Below are positions 22,700-36,079 of a stretch of DNA of 64,000 bases, piece by piece. The translations under genes and the position numbers were made by a program. Within the stretch, counting starts at the first letter, position 1, and each line of letters begins with the position of its first letter. Source of the stretch: Octopus bimaculoides (Eukaryota); contig NC_068986.1 of assembly GCF_001194135.2 (NCBI RefSeq), forward strand, positions 76,369,602 to 76,433,601, written 5' to 3'. The notes below the pieces were generated by a model. That model was given only the letters and a program-made list of their open reading frames with translations, was not told the origin of the DNA and ran no database searches.

Positions 22700-23060
22700 A
22701 AGTTTGCTTCCCAACCATTTGGTTTGGGATTCAGTCCTACTGTGTGCACTTTATGCAAGTGTCTTCTACTATAACCCCAGGCTGACAAAAGTCTTTATGG
22801 TCGAGAGAAAGAGGTGTGTGTGTGTGCATGTGTTTGTGTTATTGTTTCCTTGATTTGACTTGTGTGATAGTTGTAAACAAATGTCACTGTCATACAAGCA
22901 GTGTCTGTCATTTCCAATCTTCTGTGAAAACATGTCTGGTCATGAATGGAAACCGGTAATGGTTGGTGACAGAAAGTGCATCCAACCATGGAAAAATCCA
23001 CCTCAACAAATGCTACCTACCCTATACAAGCATGGAAAGGTAGATGTTAAAATGATGATG
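22700..23060 (+). mobile_element. SINE with a family C head and a GAT-type tail (family C')
   Basis: Head gtttgcttcccaaccat...ttcagtcc.actgtgtg, then a different 3' half ending caagcatggaaaggtagatgttaaaatgatgatg. A reverse copy lies at ~33425-33850. Confidence 0.75.
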
Positions 23061-23446
23061 TGTGTGTGTCTGTATGATGGTCTCTCATTGATTTGCAGTT
23101 GGCCATTCCTATCAACTGGTTGACCTACTCATTGAATTATATACTACACACACATTAATATTTGTACACATATATGTGTATGTGTCTAAGTTTGGAGTGA
23201 GTGATGAGCTTCCACACAATTTCTATTTAATTTTACTCACATGGCATTGGTCAGCTTAAGAGTACAGTAGAAAATTCTTGACCAAGATGCCACATTTTTC
23301 TTTTTACAAAGCATCATTACAGTTTGTTAAATTATCTTTCATCTTTTTGTATCATTGTAAATGACTGAACTGAAATATAGGATGCCATATTGCTAAAGAA
23401 ATTTAGTAAGGTTATTTGAAACACATTTCATTTTTTTTTCCTTCAG

Positions 23447-23528
23447 GGAAACAATGATGACCTAATTCTTACCTGTTGCCTTCACTATTGCAAAGACACT
23501 ACTAAAGATTTCATTCCAAAAGGGAAAG
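23447..23528 (+). CDS. SMG6: SMG6 coding exon, PIN domain, phase 0-1
   Basis: ttttccttcag|GGA...AAAG|gtttga. Encodes GNNDDLILTCCLHYCKDTTKDFIPKGK, including the catalytic NNDD. 82 nt. Confidence 0.95.
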
Positions 23529-23552
23529 GTTTGAACAATTTTATATTTCTGT

Positions 23553-23600
<48 letters not shown>

Positions 23601-24799
23601 CTTAATAATACTAAAACTCTAGAGATGTTTGTGTGTACCTGAAATATCTCAGAGTTTGGTGCAGCCTTCCAGCGTGCAAGCCCAGTCAAACCGTCCAACC
23701 CATGCCAGCATGGACAATGGACATTAAATGATGATGATGATATGTATATATGTGACAGGCTTCTTTCAGTTTCTGCCTGCCAAGTGCACTCACAAGGTTT
23801 TGGTTGACATTTACCCTAGGTGCCAGACATTACAACTGAAACTGAAAACATGTTGCAGAGCAAACTTCTCAACCACACAGCCACACCTGCACCTATTAAT
23901 ATCCTATTTTATTTGTATATGTTTATATGCAAATATAATTTAATCTCTTCAACCTTTAAGTATTCTAAATATGACTGTCCAGTTAATGCAAGTGTTATAT
24001 AGTATTTAGCTTTTCCAAACCAGTATTTTGGGTTCCCCTTGATATTCTGACTAAAACTTTATTGTTTTTGTGCAGAACTTCTATGATTATATATAATTAA
24101 TAATTATATTATTCATGATTTATCCATTTCTTTGGAGCCAGTAAAATAAATTAGTTTGGTGAATTGATCTCCTTCTTCTACACAATCTGGATTAAGATGA
24201 AAGAAGTTATTCACAGCATGCAATCGACAAAAATCAGGTTAAAGATATGACATGGCATGAGCGTTGAATAAAATTCCCATTTGACTTAGTCTCCATTTAT
24301 TTTTTAGTTAGGATATGAAACTGTAATGTGTCTCAGTGGAAACATCTACTGGTGCACAGCCTATTGACCAGAGACAACTGTATGTACAACTATAATCATA
24401 GGATATTTTGTGAACATAATAAATAACCTAATGGCTACCTTATTGGCATCTGAGTAAAGGTAATAAGGTTCAATCTAATCAATAAGAGATTGATAATAGA
24501 AGAATGTATGTCACTATTCCCAATGTAAGGATGTTATGTGGTCAAAGAAAATCATCAACATCAAAGCAGGACCAACAAATTTTGACCTTACATTGCATTC
24601 TCGATCTCATCTGTAAACTGTCCTAGCGTTCCTTAAAAGCATTGATAGTTTGTGTAACTTTTATAATTGTAGTAGTGAGAGTAACAACTCACTTTTGATT
24701 TTTTTTTTTTTTCTTTTTTACATATGCACATGGTCAATAATTCTAGTTTCCTTTCAGTTGTGGGATCTCTTCTGTCTGGCAAGTAACGAAGCAATCTTA

Positions 24800-25001
24800 C
24801 TAGTGCCACAAAAAAAAAAAAAAGAAAAAAAGTGCCCAGTACACTTTGTAAAGTGGTTGGCATTAGGAGGGCCATCCAACCATAGAAACCATGCCAAAAC
24901 TGAAACACTGGAGCATGATGTAATCTTTCAACTCGTTGAATCCTCTCATATCATCCACCCTATGCCAGCATGGAAAACAGACGTAAAATAATGATGTTGA
25001 T
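24800..25001 (+). mobile_element. SINE family A (GAT-tailed) copy
   Basis: gtaaagtggttggcattaggagggccatccaacc...gccagcatggaaaacagacgtaaaataatgatg. Confidence 0.75.
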
Positions 25002-25437
25002 AATCTTACATTTAAAAATATCCTCGCAAATCAGTTCATTTCCATCACTGTCAGTGTGTATCTTTTACTAGTTTCAGCTAAAGGCTGGGGGTTATGCTGG
25101 AGCACCACCTTTGTATGCTAGCAAAAATTCAATAACAAATCATGACACAAAAGTTTGTTTAAAAGCCATCAACTGATCAAGGGTGTGCATTTATATTGAA
25201 TTTGAAATTTTTTTTAGAAAAGGTTCAAGTCTCACTGAGAACACCTTAGTTGCTCACTTGTGGGTCACAATCTACCTGTTGCCAACCCCTGATGCACATG
25301 ATAGTGTACTGCCTAAATGAAATATGGTTTCTAATTCAGCATCTCAGTTTTGAAGTTGATTCCAGCTCTAAAATTACAAAACTACCCGTGTACCTTGAAA
25401 ACTGTTTCTTTTTTTTATATTGCTACTACTATTACTG

Positions 25438-25803
25438 TGGAGGCGCAATAGCCCAGTGGTTAGGGCAGCAGACTTGCGGTCATAGGATCGCAGTTTCGAT
25501 TCTCAGACAGGGCGTTGTGAGTGTTTATTGAGCGAAAACACCTAAAGCTCCACGAGGCTCCGGTAGGGGCTGTACTCTTCCACCACAACTTTCTCTCACT
25601 CTTACTTCCTGTTTCTGTTGTGCCTGTAATTCAAAGGGTCAGCCTTGTCACACTGTGTCACGCTGAATATCCCCAAGAACTACGTTAAGGGTACATGTGT
25701 CTGTGGAGTGCTCAGCCACTTGCGCGTTAATTTCACGAGCAGGCTGTTCCGTTGATCGGATCAACTGGAACCCTCGACGTCGTAAGCGACGAAGTGCCAA
25801 CAA
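25438..25803 (+). mobile_element. Young tRNA-derived SINE family E, full length
   Basis: 13-bp TSD actactattactg at 25425-25437 and 25804-25816. Inverted partner of 18079-18468, with a ~20-bp internal deletion. Confidence 0.95.
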
Positions 25804-26274
25804 ACTACTATTACTGCCACTACTACTGTCATAAAGAAGTATTATGTTGTATTGTGACAGTAAGTTGTGTAATTCGAATTGCCTTCAAACAATCATTAGT
25901 GTGTGTGTGTGCGATTACACATACATATCAATTGACATACAGACATACTTTATTTGATATGTGTGTGTGCACATGTGTATAAACATTTTAATATGAGGTT
26001 GGGTTAATATTGTATTGTGTGGAGGGGTGTCTCTATTTTTCTCTTTAGTCCTAGTTTTGTTCTGTCTCCATTATTACATTCTAAGTCACATTGTAAATAT
26101 TGTCATTTATAAAGGATTTCACAAAAAAACAAAAAAAAATTAAATTTTACTTTTTAGTTTACATTTAAAATTAGAATTTATTGAATTTAAAAAATGTTTA
26201 TGACAAAGAAAGTTTTTCAATTGTTTTGTTTCTTTCATTAGCATTCCTTTTTTTTGTTTACTTTTGTTATTCAG

Positions 26275-26405
26275 ATGAGCCTAACCGCATTTACCGTGAT
26301 GTAGTCCTTCTCACCGATGATCGTAATTTACGTCTGAAAGCCCACACTTACAATGTTCCTGTGAAGGATGTTCCCAGCTTCCTCAAGTGGTGTAAAGTAA
26401 CATGA
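26275..26405 (+). CDS. SMG6: SMG6 last coding exon, phase 1 to stop
   Basis: ttttgttattcag|AT GAG...TGA. Encodes (D)EPNRIYRDVVLLTDDRNLRLKAHTYNVPVKDVPSFLKWCKVT*, matching the human C-terminus (EVVLLTDDRNLRVKALTRNVPVRDIPAFLTW). 131 nt. Confidence 0.95.
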
Positions 26406-29400
26406 AATGTTCCTCTTCTGAAATCATTTCCTTGTTACCCTGTTTATCGAAGTGACGAGGTTCCTAATGCTTCAAGCTGAGCTGTGGTCCAAGCCAAACC
26501 CATGACAAAATGAGGAGACATAGAATAAAGACGAGGAGGAGAGAGTCAGTGCCAACAAACCCGTCACCCACTGGTTGTTGTATAAGCTCTATGACCAGAC
26601 ACTGACCACTACCAATGTCGGCTTCTATGCGAAGGCAGCTGAAAATGCCATACAAACGGTTTCTCCATCAAAGAACTGCATATTGGCCATTTAAGTTGAC
26701 CATCTATTAATGAGATATTGTTAATTACAACAACTCATTTTCACTCTAAATCTAATTTGGTAAAATAGGTGCATTGATGAGGGAATTTATTATTTTTTGT
26801 TTTTTTTTTATAATTATTTATTCATCTATTTTAAGAAATTTTACTTTTTTTTTTTTTCAGTTTTCCCCCCAAAATCTTCATTCATTATCATTGTGAAGGA
26901 ATTGCAGTTTCTCATTTTTATTTATTTTTAGAATAATTATTTCATTATTGCTTTCTAATTGTCATACAAAAAAAGATCTATAATGCATTGATGTATTTGT
27001 GAGACTTTGGTTTATTTTAATTACTAGCATAAAGTAATTTATTAGGCTTCCTATTTAAGCCAATTTGGCAACTGTGGCAGTTTATGTCATTGTCAAGAAT
27101 GTACTCCGTAGACATATGGACCTATTGACACACCCTGGTTGTTAAGTTGCTGTGTGTTACAGTTTGTCACTTAATGGAATGACTTACCAGGCAGCATAAT
27201 GAACCTCTGCATGTCCATGACCTGTTGACTTATGCCTTTGCACCAGTGGCTGTATTTGATGTATGCCTTGTCATCAAGTCATTTTATAAAACTATTGAAG
27301 GAATTTAAACCAAATGTCCTGCCCTAGAGAAAACAATCCCTAAGTATTATTAATCAAATAACAGATCTCTAAATTACTTATGCACCAGATATACTATGAC
27401 CAGTCTTGGCATTGGATTTGTCTTTTACACGTCAAAATCATAACAGAATGATCTGACAATATTAAGATTAATCTTTAAACAGTGAGTAATTATGAAATTC
27501 CTGTTAACCAATTAAGTAATATTTTACCAATGACAGGCTGATGAAATCTCAGGTATTCTCTTACCATTCTTTTAGTATTTCATATGAAATACTTCTGTTA
27601 ACAGCAAAAATGGTCAGGCGGCTTGACTTACAATCAGCTGTTCTCAGATGCAATCACACTTTTAAATCGTCTTCAATCACTTGTTCTAAATTTTATTTCT
27701 GATCTTCTGTGAATCATAATTTTGGATTTTAGTAGCATCTTTATTGCTCTACATCCAAAATCTAATACATCTGGTTGCATTAAACCAAATATTGATTTAT
27801 GGTAAATTCCAGTATTGCATTATAATGATAATAAAAACACAGTGGCTGTAGGGCTACAGTGCTAGACTACCAGTCACCAGTTCAACAGATCAAATCCTGA
27901 TACAGCTGTTATATTATCCTTTGTCACTAAACTAAAAAAACACGACACATGCTACTCCTATTTATGGTTGAAATTTAAGATTAGAAATGTCATTGAATTG
28001 TTTAAAAAGAAATTGAACAAAGTCATCCAATATTGCTAGCTGCATGGAAAGGACAGAAAAACGAATCCTTTAAAAAATTGTAAAATTCACTTTATAATCA
28101 TAATTTTAATTAATGGCACACCTCCACATAAATAATTGGAGGTGTACACTGAATTGTTTCTTCATTTCTCTTCCTAAACCACTCTTTCTTGAATGTTTAG
28201 CATTTTTTTATCTCTCACTGTTATAATATCCTGACACCCTCCATTGAAAACAAATAGTGACATCAATGATATTCTGTTTTTAACCTTAAATATAAATCCT
28301 TTTTGAAACAAAGAAGAATTGGTTCTTTAGAACTGTGAGATTCTTTTTTTTTTTTAATTTCTCTTGTTAAACTCTTGGCAAATATAAAGAATCAAAAACA
28401 AAAGCATTATATATATAATATATATTTCTCACCTGTCTACCCATGCCTACCTGGACAATGATAAGAACTATGAAATACTTTCAAAAATGTTTTCATTTTA
28501 ATATGTACAGGAATGCTTGATAAAGAATATTTCTCAGCGATATGATTTAGAAATATTACCAAAGTTATGTAATAGTATTGCTGAGAAAAAAATCAAACCA
28601 ATGCTTATTCAAGCTATCCTCTGAATGGACCCATTCTAATCCACTTTGGCTGCCACTGGTTCTCTTTGGGGTTTTTTGTAGTCTTTAGCCCAAATATTTT
28701 AACATTGTTAGCACTTGTAACAGGGTGAATGAAATCAAGAAAATAAATTAACTGTAAGATGTTGGTTATTAAGTGCAGTCTATCCAGTTACACAATTTGA
28801 ACGTACGTTAATTCCGTTTGAAAGTATTCAATAATGAATGCACTGCATTCTCTTGTTTTTGTCATGTAGGTTCTTTATGTTTGCCAAACCTTCTTTTTTT
28901 ACAACTGCCATTATGAGCTTCTGTTGTTTCAGTTTTATAAAATGTTAAAGTTTAATGGATTATTAAAAGAAAATATTATAATAAGAACATGTGTAAACAA
29001 AACAGAGAAAATAGGGCGAGAAGATGTTGAAGCTGAAGTAAATTATATTAGTATAATTAAAATGATCTCATCTACATGACATAGATATGTAAGTTTATGT
29101 AACTTAATAAATGGTGCAGTGGCAGTAGGTTGATAGTAAAGGGAAATTGGTTTAATTTCCATGTTGCCCATAGTATTTCTTATTCAATCATGTTTGTTTA
29201 CACATGTTCACGTTTAATATTTACAAATAAAAATCATTGAAAAATCTTGGCTCATTTACATATGCATTTTGAGGATAAAAATATTTTAATATGACACTGT
29301 TGAAAATTAAAATATCTAATTTTAGATTATAATTTTGAAAAGAGAAAAAAATCCTTTTAATAAAAAGAACAAAACATTTTTCTACAATTGGTGTGCCTGC

Positions 29401-29462
29401 CTTAAATCCAAAATTTATACAAACCTGACATTTATGTATAGGAATAAGCATACAAAATATTT

Positions 29463-29465
<3 letters not shown>

Positions 29466-29511
<46 letters not shown>
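29466..29511. repeat. (CA)n microsatellite
   Basis: Seen directly. Confidence 0.95.
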
Positions 29512-29514
<3 letters not shown>

Positions 29515-32500
29515 AAATATTAGTTTATGGATCTTTATATATTCAAACACTGTTGCTGTAATTTGTCCAATTCCGATCTAATCTCAGGCTTTCCTATTTC
29601 TTTTATTTTCTTCTGTGTTCTTTTTGAGTTATCTGAAAATTGATAGACTTTAAAGCAAGGGAGGGGTGGGGATCAAAGAGAAATGTTTATTATCATTTAA
29701 ATGGGTTTGCTTATTTAAAACCTAAACAGCCAAAAGAAGACAGCAGACAAATACTATGTGACTCTGGTGTAGACCAGTTGCCACTCAACGCACACTAATA
29801 TGCTATACAGGGAACTACATGAAAAAGAAGAGATAGATCTATTTTCTAGTCTTATAATAATAATAATTTGTTTTTAAATAAATTTGTTAGGTTTGTCTTT
29901 AACAGAAATAGTTACATTTCAACACATCCAAAGAAGCTGTGTGAGATATAATCTTAACATATTGTTGATGGAATTTTTGTTGTTTTAAATTGATTTTCAT
30001 TGTCAGTGATAGCATGTTGCCTTCATTTTTTATTGGCAATCTTCTCTTTCCTTGCTATATCTCAGGCATATTGCCTAAGTATCATTATTATTTTTATTGT
30101 AATTATTATTGTTAGGGGTTAAAGTAAATGGATCCTCTGTGGTGTACTGGGCAGAAACAGAGCACCACACTAAATGGCTTACATTATTTATTCTAATTCT
30201 CTATCTTCAATTTCAAATCTTGCCAGGGTCTATTGTTACCTGTGATCCTTCTGGAATTAACAGAATAATTACCATTCAAATATTGGGTAGATTTCACTTT
30301 TCCTCCCTCCAAAATTGTGGCCTTCTGCTAAAGTTGAAATAATTATCTTATATGACAATAGGCCCCTTACTCCCGATTCTTTTGTTCATTAATGCTACAG
30401 GCATTGTAATGTGTCCTTGATATAGAAACTTCTCTCCTATCCTTTATCATAGGTTAAAAAAAAAACAAAAAAACTTTGAAATCAAGAATTAATGTTTGTT
30501 CATCAATTTGTCTCAGATACTCAAATGTATTTTTGTTTCAGCTCTAAAATTCCATTCATGTTTAAGAAATCCTTAGTAACATTAAGCAGATGGCCATAGA
30601 TGCCCTATGCTATGTAATCTGGTGCTTCACTGTTCTGTATTCAAATTCCATGTGGATTTCATCTTGCATTTCACCCATCTGGAAATCAATAAAAACATTA
30701 ACCTCTATGAACTCTCCAGTTATAAGCAAGATCACTTGTTCTACGATATCAAACCTATTACCTCACCATTCTATGTAATGGTACGACTTTAACCAGAAGG
30801 AAGTACAATCAGTAAACACAGTATTATAACACAGCATATTCAGATAAGTAAATAACTTAGTACTAAACCATACTTTTCAATTTTCCTGCATCCTATTTTC
30901 ATCACTCTCTTTATACAGTTTGAATAAAAAGATGTTCATCCATTTTCATCAATATTAAGTTGTAAAAACTTCATAGTTGTGGATTGAGCTCTTGTTAATG
31001 GCTGTAGAAAATTCCAAGTCATTTATAGAAAATATATTTGGGTTTATTTAGTATGTGAGCAATTTTGAAAAATTACATCTTAGCCTTGTTAAATGGTGAA
31101 TATTATTTTGATTTAAAAATCCCTGTCTCTATCATCTGTTGATCAAAGTAATTAGTGTGTGCATTCATTAAATTTTTCAACTGCTAGATTATTGAAAAAT
31201 GTTTTCAATTGAGTCTGAGTTAATTGTTTCTAGATAACTTAGATAAATTTTATGTTTAAAATATTACTGTTTAGAACCTTTACTTAAAAAGATGCAACTT
31301 TTATGATTTTGAAAACTTTTTTTATATTTTTAATTAATACTGCTTTGTAATTGCTTCTTAAAGAAAGTTGATCAGTGACTTAGTGCCTAAAGTATAGTCA
31401 CAAATTCCTAGTTCTTTTTATCACTAACTTTTATGTACAGTTTGTGTGAGCCTCAAAAATGTCTACCTCTATGTGTATGTGAGAGAGAGAGAGAGAGAGA
31501 GAGAGAAACAGACAGAGTGTGTGTGTGTGTGTCTTACATTTTTTTTTTTTTCTAATCCCCAAAGTATCTCCAACTTGTGGCCTGCAGACAATATATGCGT
31601 GTGGAGGTATATTTATGCTGTCCTTAAAATATTTATAATTGCAATAACATTGACATGTTGTTGCCTACATTTATACTCTATTCGGAGTATGTCTGCGATG
31701 TTAAACTTGGGTACCTTAGATGCTTTCAAAAGTACTCAGCATTTATTATTATTATTCTTTATTCCATATTTTAAATGTCCATTGAATTTTTTTCTTCTTC
31801 CTCATTTCATCAGTTTACTTACTTGTAAAATTCACTCAGAATTTGCATTTTTTAAAAGTAAGTTTATTAAATTCTGTATTGCTGTATGTTTGGCTATAAC
31901 CCTCCTTTTAAACATTACCTAATTCTGAAAACACACACACACACACATATATATACAACCTGCTGTTGTAACAGAGTATTGATTCCAATAGGTTAAATAA
32001 TGCTGTGAAAATTGAAACTTCTTGAGATATTTAATTTATTTAGTTATTGCAGTCTCTCGGAGGTGAAAGAAGCTGTTTTATTATTGCTTTTTGGGCAGGG
32101 GGTAGGGCTTGTCTCATTTGTTGAAATAGAGGTTTGCAAATCAAGCCCCTAATTAAAAGGTGTAACAAAAGGTGTAATGCCAAAATGCCTTTTTATCTAT
32201 AACTGCCAAGTATTTTCTATTCAGAAGCTTGCTCGAATTAACTAGAGTTAATTTTTTATTCGCTTTCTATGAAAATTTGCTGTGCTATTGTATGTTGAAG
32301 CACTATCTTCTCTGACTCTTGCATACAGACACTTCAAGAATCCAATACTATGCCCCCCAGCCTTTAAATGTCATATAAGCCCATACTGTCCCTTCTGGTG
32401 AGTCTGTTGAACTGCCATTATCTCAAAGCACTAATTTACCAAACTGCCATGTTTTTATTTATTTAATATTTTGAGTTTTTTGGGGTCTTTTTTTTTCTTT

Positions 32501-33221
32501 AATGCCAAAATATAATTCCTTCCATAAATGTTTTTTTTTTCTTTTTGAAGCAAAAATTCTAACATGGCTATGATCTCTGTACTTATGAAGAATTATTCAT
32601 GCACACACACACACATGCACAAACAAACATACTCTTACATACACACATACACATGTGCATGTGTACAATGAAGTTGCTTGCATATAAAGAAGGCAATTTG
32701 ATAAATTGCCAACCTCAGTTAGAATTATTTACAATCAGAAGTTGATTGGAATTATATGCTAATTTCGTGTAATGCCATAAACATGACAAAGATTTTTAAA
32801 AAATGGGTTTGCTTTTAAAACCCTTTTTAAAACTTGCTTCACAGATGATGATTGTTTCCATAGTTACTGTGTCATCACAGTAATAGGTTAGTTTCTACAA
32901 ACAATGGCATCATTATATAAGATAGGCATTTACTAACTTGATTCCTTACTAAAGAGCTGGTCTCTTTTATAATAATAATGATGATGACGACTATCTACCA
33001 AGTTTTATTCCTTTCTACTCTTGTGCTATTGAACTATGAAATGATAATAGTGTGATTTTGATGAGTTAATTACTATAGGTTTACATTAATTAGCTTTTGA
33101 TTTCTATTGATTGATTCCAGCTAGACTCAGACAATTCTTTGATATTTCTATCACACATTTCCCCCCCCCCCTTTATGAATTTATATATTTTTTTTTTAAT
33201 TTGTGATTTGATTAAAAAAGT

Positions 33222-33227
33222 AATAAA
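33222..33227 (+). terminator. Candidate distal polyadenylation signal
   Basis: AATAAA preceded by ATTAAA (33211-33216) and followed by long U/GU-rich tracts, at the edge of the SINE-free zone. Confidence 0.35.
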
Positions 33228-33424
33228 AAAAATGTAATGTTTTCTTTTTCCTTTTCATTGTTTTTTTTTTTTATTAATATTTAATTTCATTGTTTGTTGG
33301 AGAAAAATATATGAACTGCTGAGTTGGATATAATATCAAGGGAATGTTTGTATATCAGCAGCCCCTGAAGTAGAATTAAACACTGATTAAATGGCTCCTT
33401 GAATTTCAGAAAAGCACTAATCTG

Positions 33425-33850
33425 ACATATCATCATTTAATGTCCACTTTTCCATGTTTGCTTGGGCTGAATGAAATTTGTTGAGGCAGATTTTCTATAG
33501 CTTCTTGTCTCTTCTTGTCAGCAACCCTCACCTGTTTCCAAGTGAAGTAATATTCCCCACAACCAAACATGTTAACACAGAAGATTGGGAATGAAGGACC
33601 CCTTTGCATGACAGTGACATTTGTTTACAACTATTACATGAAACCAAGGCAGGGAAACAGTAACACACACACACATGTACATACACATGATATGTACATA
33701 TATGCAGTGAGCTTCTTTTAGTTTTCATCTACCAAATCCACTCACAGGGCCCAGGGCTATAGTAGAAAACACTTGCCCAAGTTGCCACACAATGGGACTG
33801 AACTTGAGACCATGTGGTTGGCAAGCAATTCTTATATCACACAGATACGC
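33425..33850 (-). mobile_element. SINE family C' (C head, GAT tail)
   Basis: Reverse complement matches 22700-23060. Confidence 0.75.
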
Positions 33851-35251
33851 TAGGCCTATATATTTATGTAATTAGAATATAGAGCATTGTTTAAGATATT
33901 TTGGTTGAATAAATAACCGGAATGTCTGTTAATTGCTTTTCACACTGTTTTATATTCTCTAATTATACATCTTGTTAGCTGAGGAATTGTAATACCCCCT
34001 TGTACCTTAATATATCCTGACATCTCATCACCACCACCATCTCTCCTTTTCCAGCTGGGGTAGCTATGAATCTCCTCTTCAGCAAAACACCTGTCCCTAT
34101 CCCTAAATCATACTCTTGCCTCTCAACACCTGGTATAAGCCACCTCCCTCAATATTACACCCACCTCAGTCAAGGGTCTTGTTTTGAGAACAACTTAGTG
34201 ACCTCACTACTGCCAGTGACATGAAAAAGTACCCAGTTTACTCTGCTAAGTGGTTTGGTTATAGGAAGGGCATCCCCAGCAGATCCCATCTGACCTATGC
34301 AAGCATGAAAAAGTGGATGTTAAAACGATGATGATGATAGATTTTTAGCTCCTCATCCAATGTTTCTCCATATGTGAAGATGAAGAAATGAATTCTATGA
34401 TTTGTCCCTCATGATCCTTCTCACCATGCAATATAGCTGATTAAAAAAAGTGGTGGTGGGGAGAAGAATCAGCCCCAGTACTTGGCTGGTACTTAATTTA
34501 TCAAATCTGAAAGAATGAAAGGCAAAGTCAACGTCAGTGGGATTTGAACTCAGAATACAGAGTGTCACATCAATACTGCAAGTCATTCTTACTGATGTTC
34601 TTTTAAGAATTCTGGTACTTAAGTGTTCAGCCTAGGAGCAATGGAATGCCTACAACAGGAATGTATTCACAACTAATGAAATGGCAATCTTAATACATTT
34701 ATTTATTACACAGCAAAATTCAGAATAATGTTACCAATACAAAATTCAAGTTTTGTATTAGAAGTAGCTCAATAATCTAAGCATTATCACATACTTCTGT
34801 ATTTGATGATAACGTTTACATCACTGAGCTACTTCTAGCACAAAATTTGAATTTTGTTCTACTTAAGCAGCACTTTTTCACATCAACAAATAGATTTTAT
34901 GCTATTTGTATATACTTTTAGGTAACTGTTGCAGACTCATTTCCGAAGTAGGCTGAGTACACAACACTGATGATGAGAAAAAACTACCATATATTGTTCT
35001 CATTCATTTCTGGGGTGATTTTGTTTTGCCTAGCTTTGAAGTGTACTGAGTTTTTTGAATGTTATATGTCTTTAAAGGGACCTCCCTTAAACAAAACACT
35101 ACAGCTACATGTATTTAACAACACATACAATAAGTATGTAATATTGATAATGCTACTAGTATTAACAATATTTATAGCTATTGTGGTAGTGCTTCATGTA
35201 GTATGTTTATTGGTGAGTGGTATCAAATATGAGTAATTTTCCACTGTCTAT

Positions 35252-35579
35252 CTACTTCGTGCCGGTGGCACATGAAAAGACATTCGAGCGAGATCATTGC
35301 CAGTGCCGCTGGACTGGCTCCTGTGCAGGTGGCACGTAGAATACGCCATTTCGAGCATGGCCATTGCCAGTACCGCCTGACTGGCCTTCGTGCCGGTGGC
35401 ACATAAAAGCACCCACTACACTCTCGGAGTGGTTGGCGTTAGGAAGGGCATCCAGCTGTAGAAACTCTGCCAAATCAGATTGGAGCCTGATGTAGCCATC
35501 TGGTTCACCAGTCCTCAGTAAAATTGTCCAACCCATGCTAGCATGGAAAGCGGACGTTAAACGATGATGATGATGATGA
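35252..35579 (+). mobile_element. SINE family A (GAT-tailed), young copy
   Basis: Nearly identical 3' half to 5590-6163 and 41490-41595. CpGs are retained. Confidence 0.9.
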
Positions 35580-35870
35580 GTTTCTGTATAACTAATAGTA
35601 TTTTTGTAGTATAACATAGTTCATTGTTGTAAGCAGCAGCACTATAAAACTGTTAAGTGGTTGCTTATCCTGTGATACAGTGTTCAAGTCTTTCAATAGT
35701 CTTGGAGAAAATAATGGGAAAATTTCTCTAATACATTCTTCACATGAAGACCGGGTCCTCCATCAACCCATTAGGGTTACAAAACTAAGTATCACCCAAT
35801 AATCCCAATTGAAGATTTCTACTAATATTTGCACTCATGGGTTTTGGATTGTGCAGTTAATATATTGAAT

Positions 35871-36079
35871 CATTTAGCATTCAGAGTATTCTGTCAAATG
35901 TAATCCTTATTTATTCACATTATTTTGAATTAATCATCGCTTTGAGATTCCAGTGATGTGATTGCTTATTTTTAGAATGATATTGTAGGGTATGCACGTG
36001 AGGCTAGATATGGCCAGTTTGAACATAAAATGAATAAAACATTTGGGCCAGACATGGCTGGTTTAAATTCTAAAGGGTT
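35871..36079 (-). mobile_element. piggyBac-like MITE family G
   Basis: Reverse-complement match to 6330-6500 and 20721-20865, ending ...ctaaagggtt. Confidence 0.7.

Larger units (their letters stand above)
26406..33260 (+). other. Candidate long SMG6 3'UTR (no recognisable SINEs)
   Basis: I recognised no SINE or MITE copy between the stop codon and ~33420, unlike the introns. It contains U-rich tracts and several AATAAA hexamers, the last at 33222-33227. Confidence 0.4.

Noticed and set aside
26403-26480. Possible stop-codon readthrough adding 24 aa to SMG6
   Set aside because: The TGA-AAT context is not a known readthrough motif and the C-terminus already matches orthologue length.
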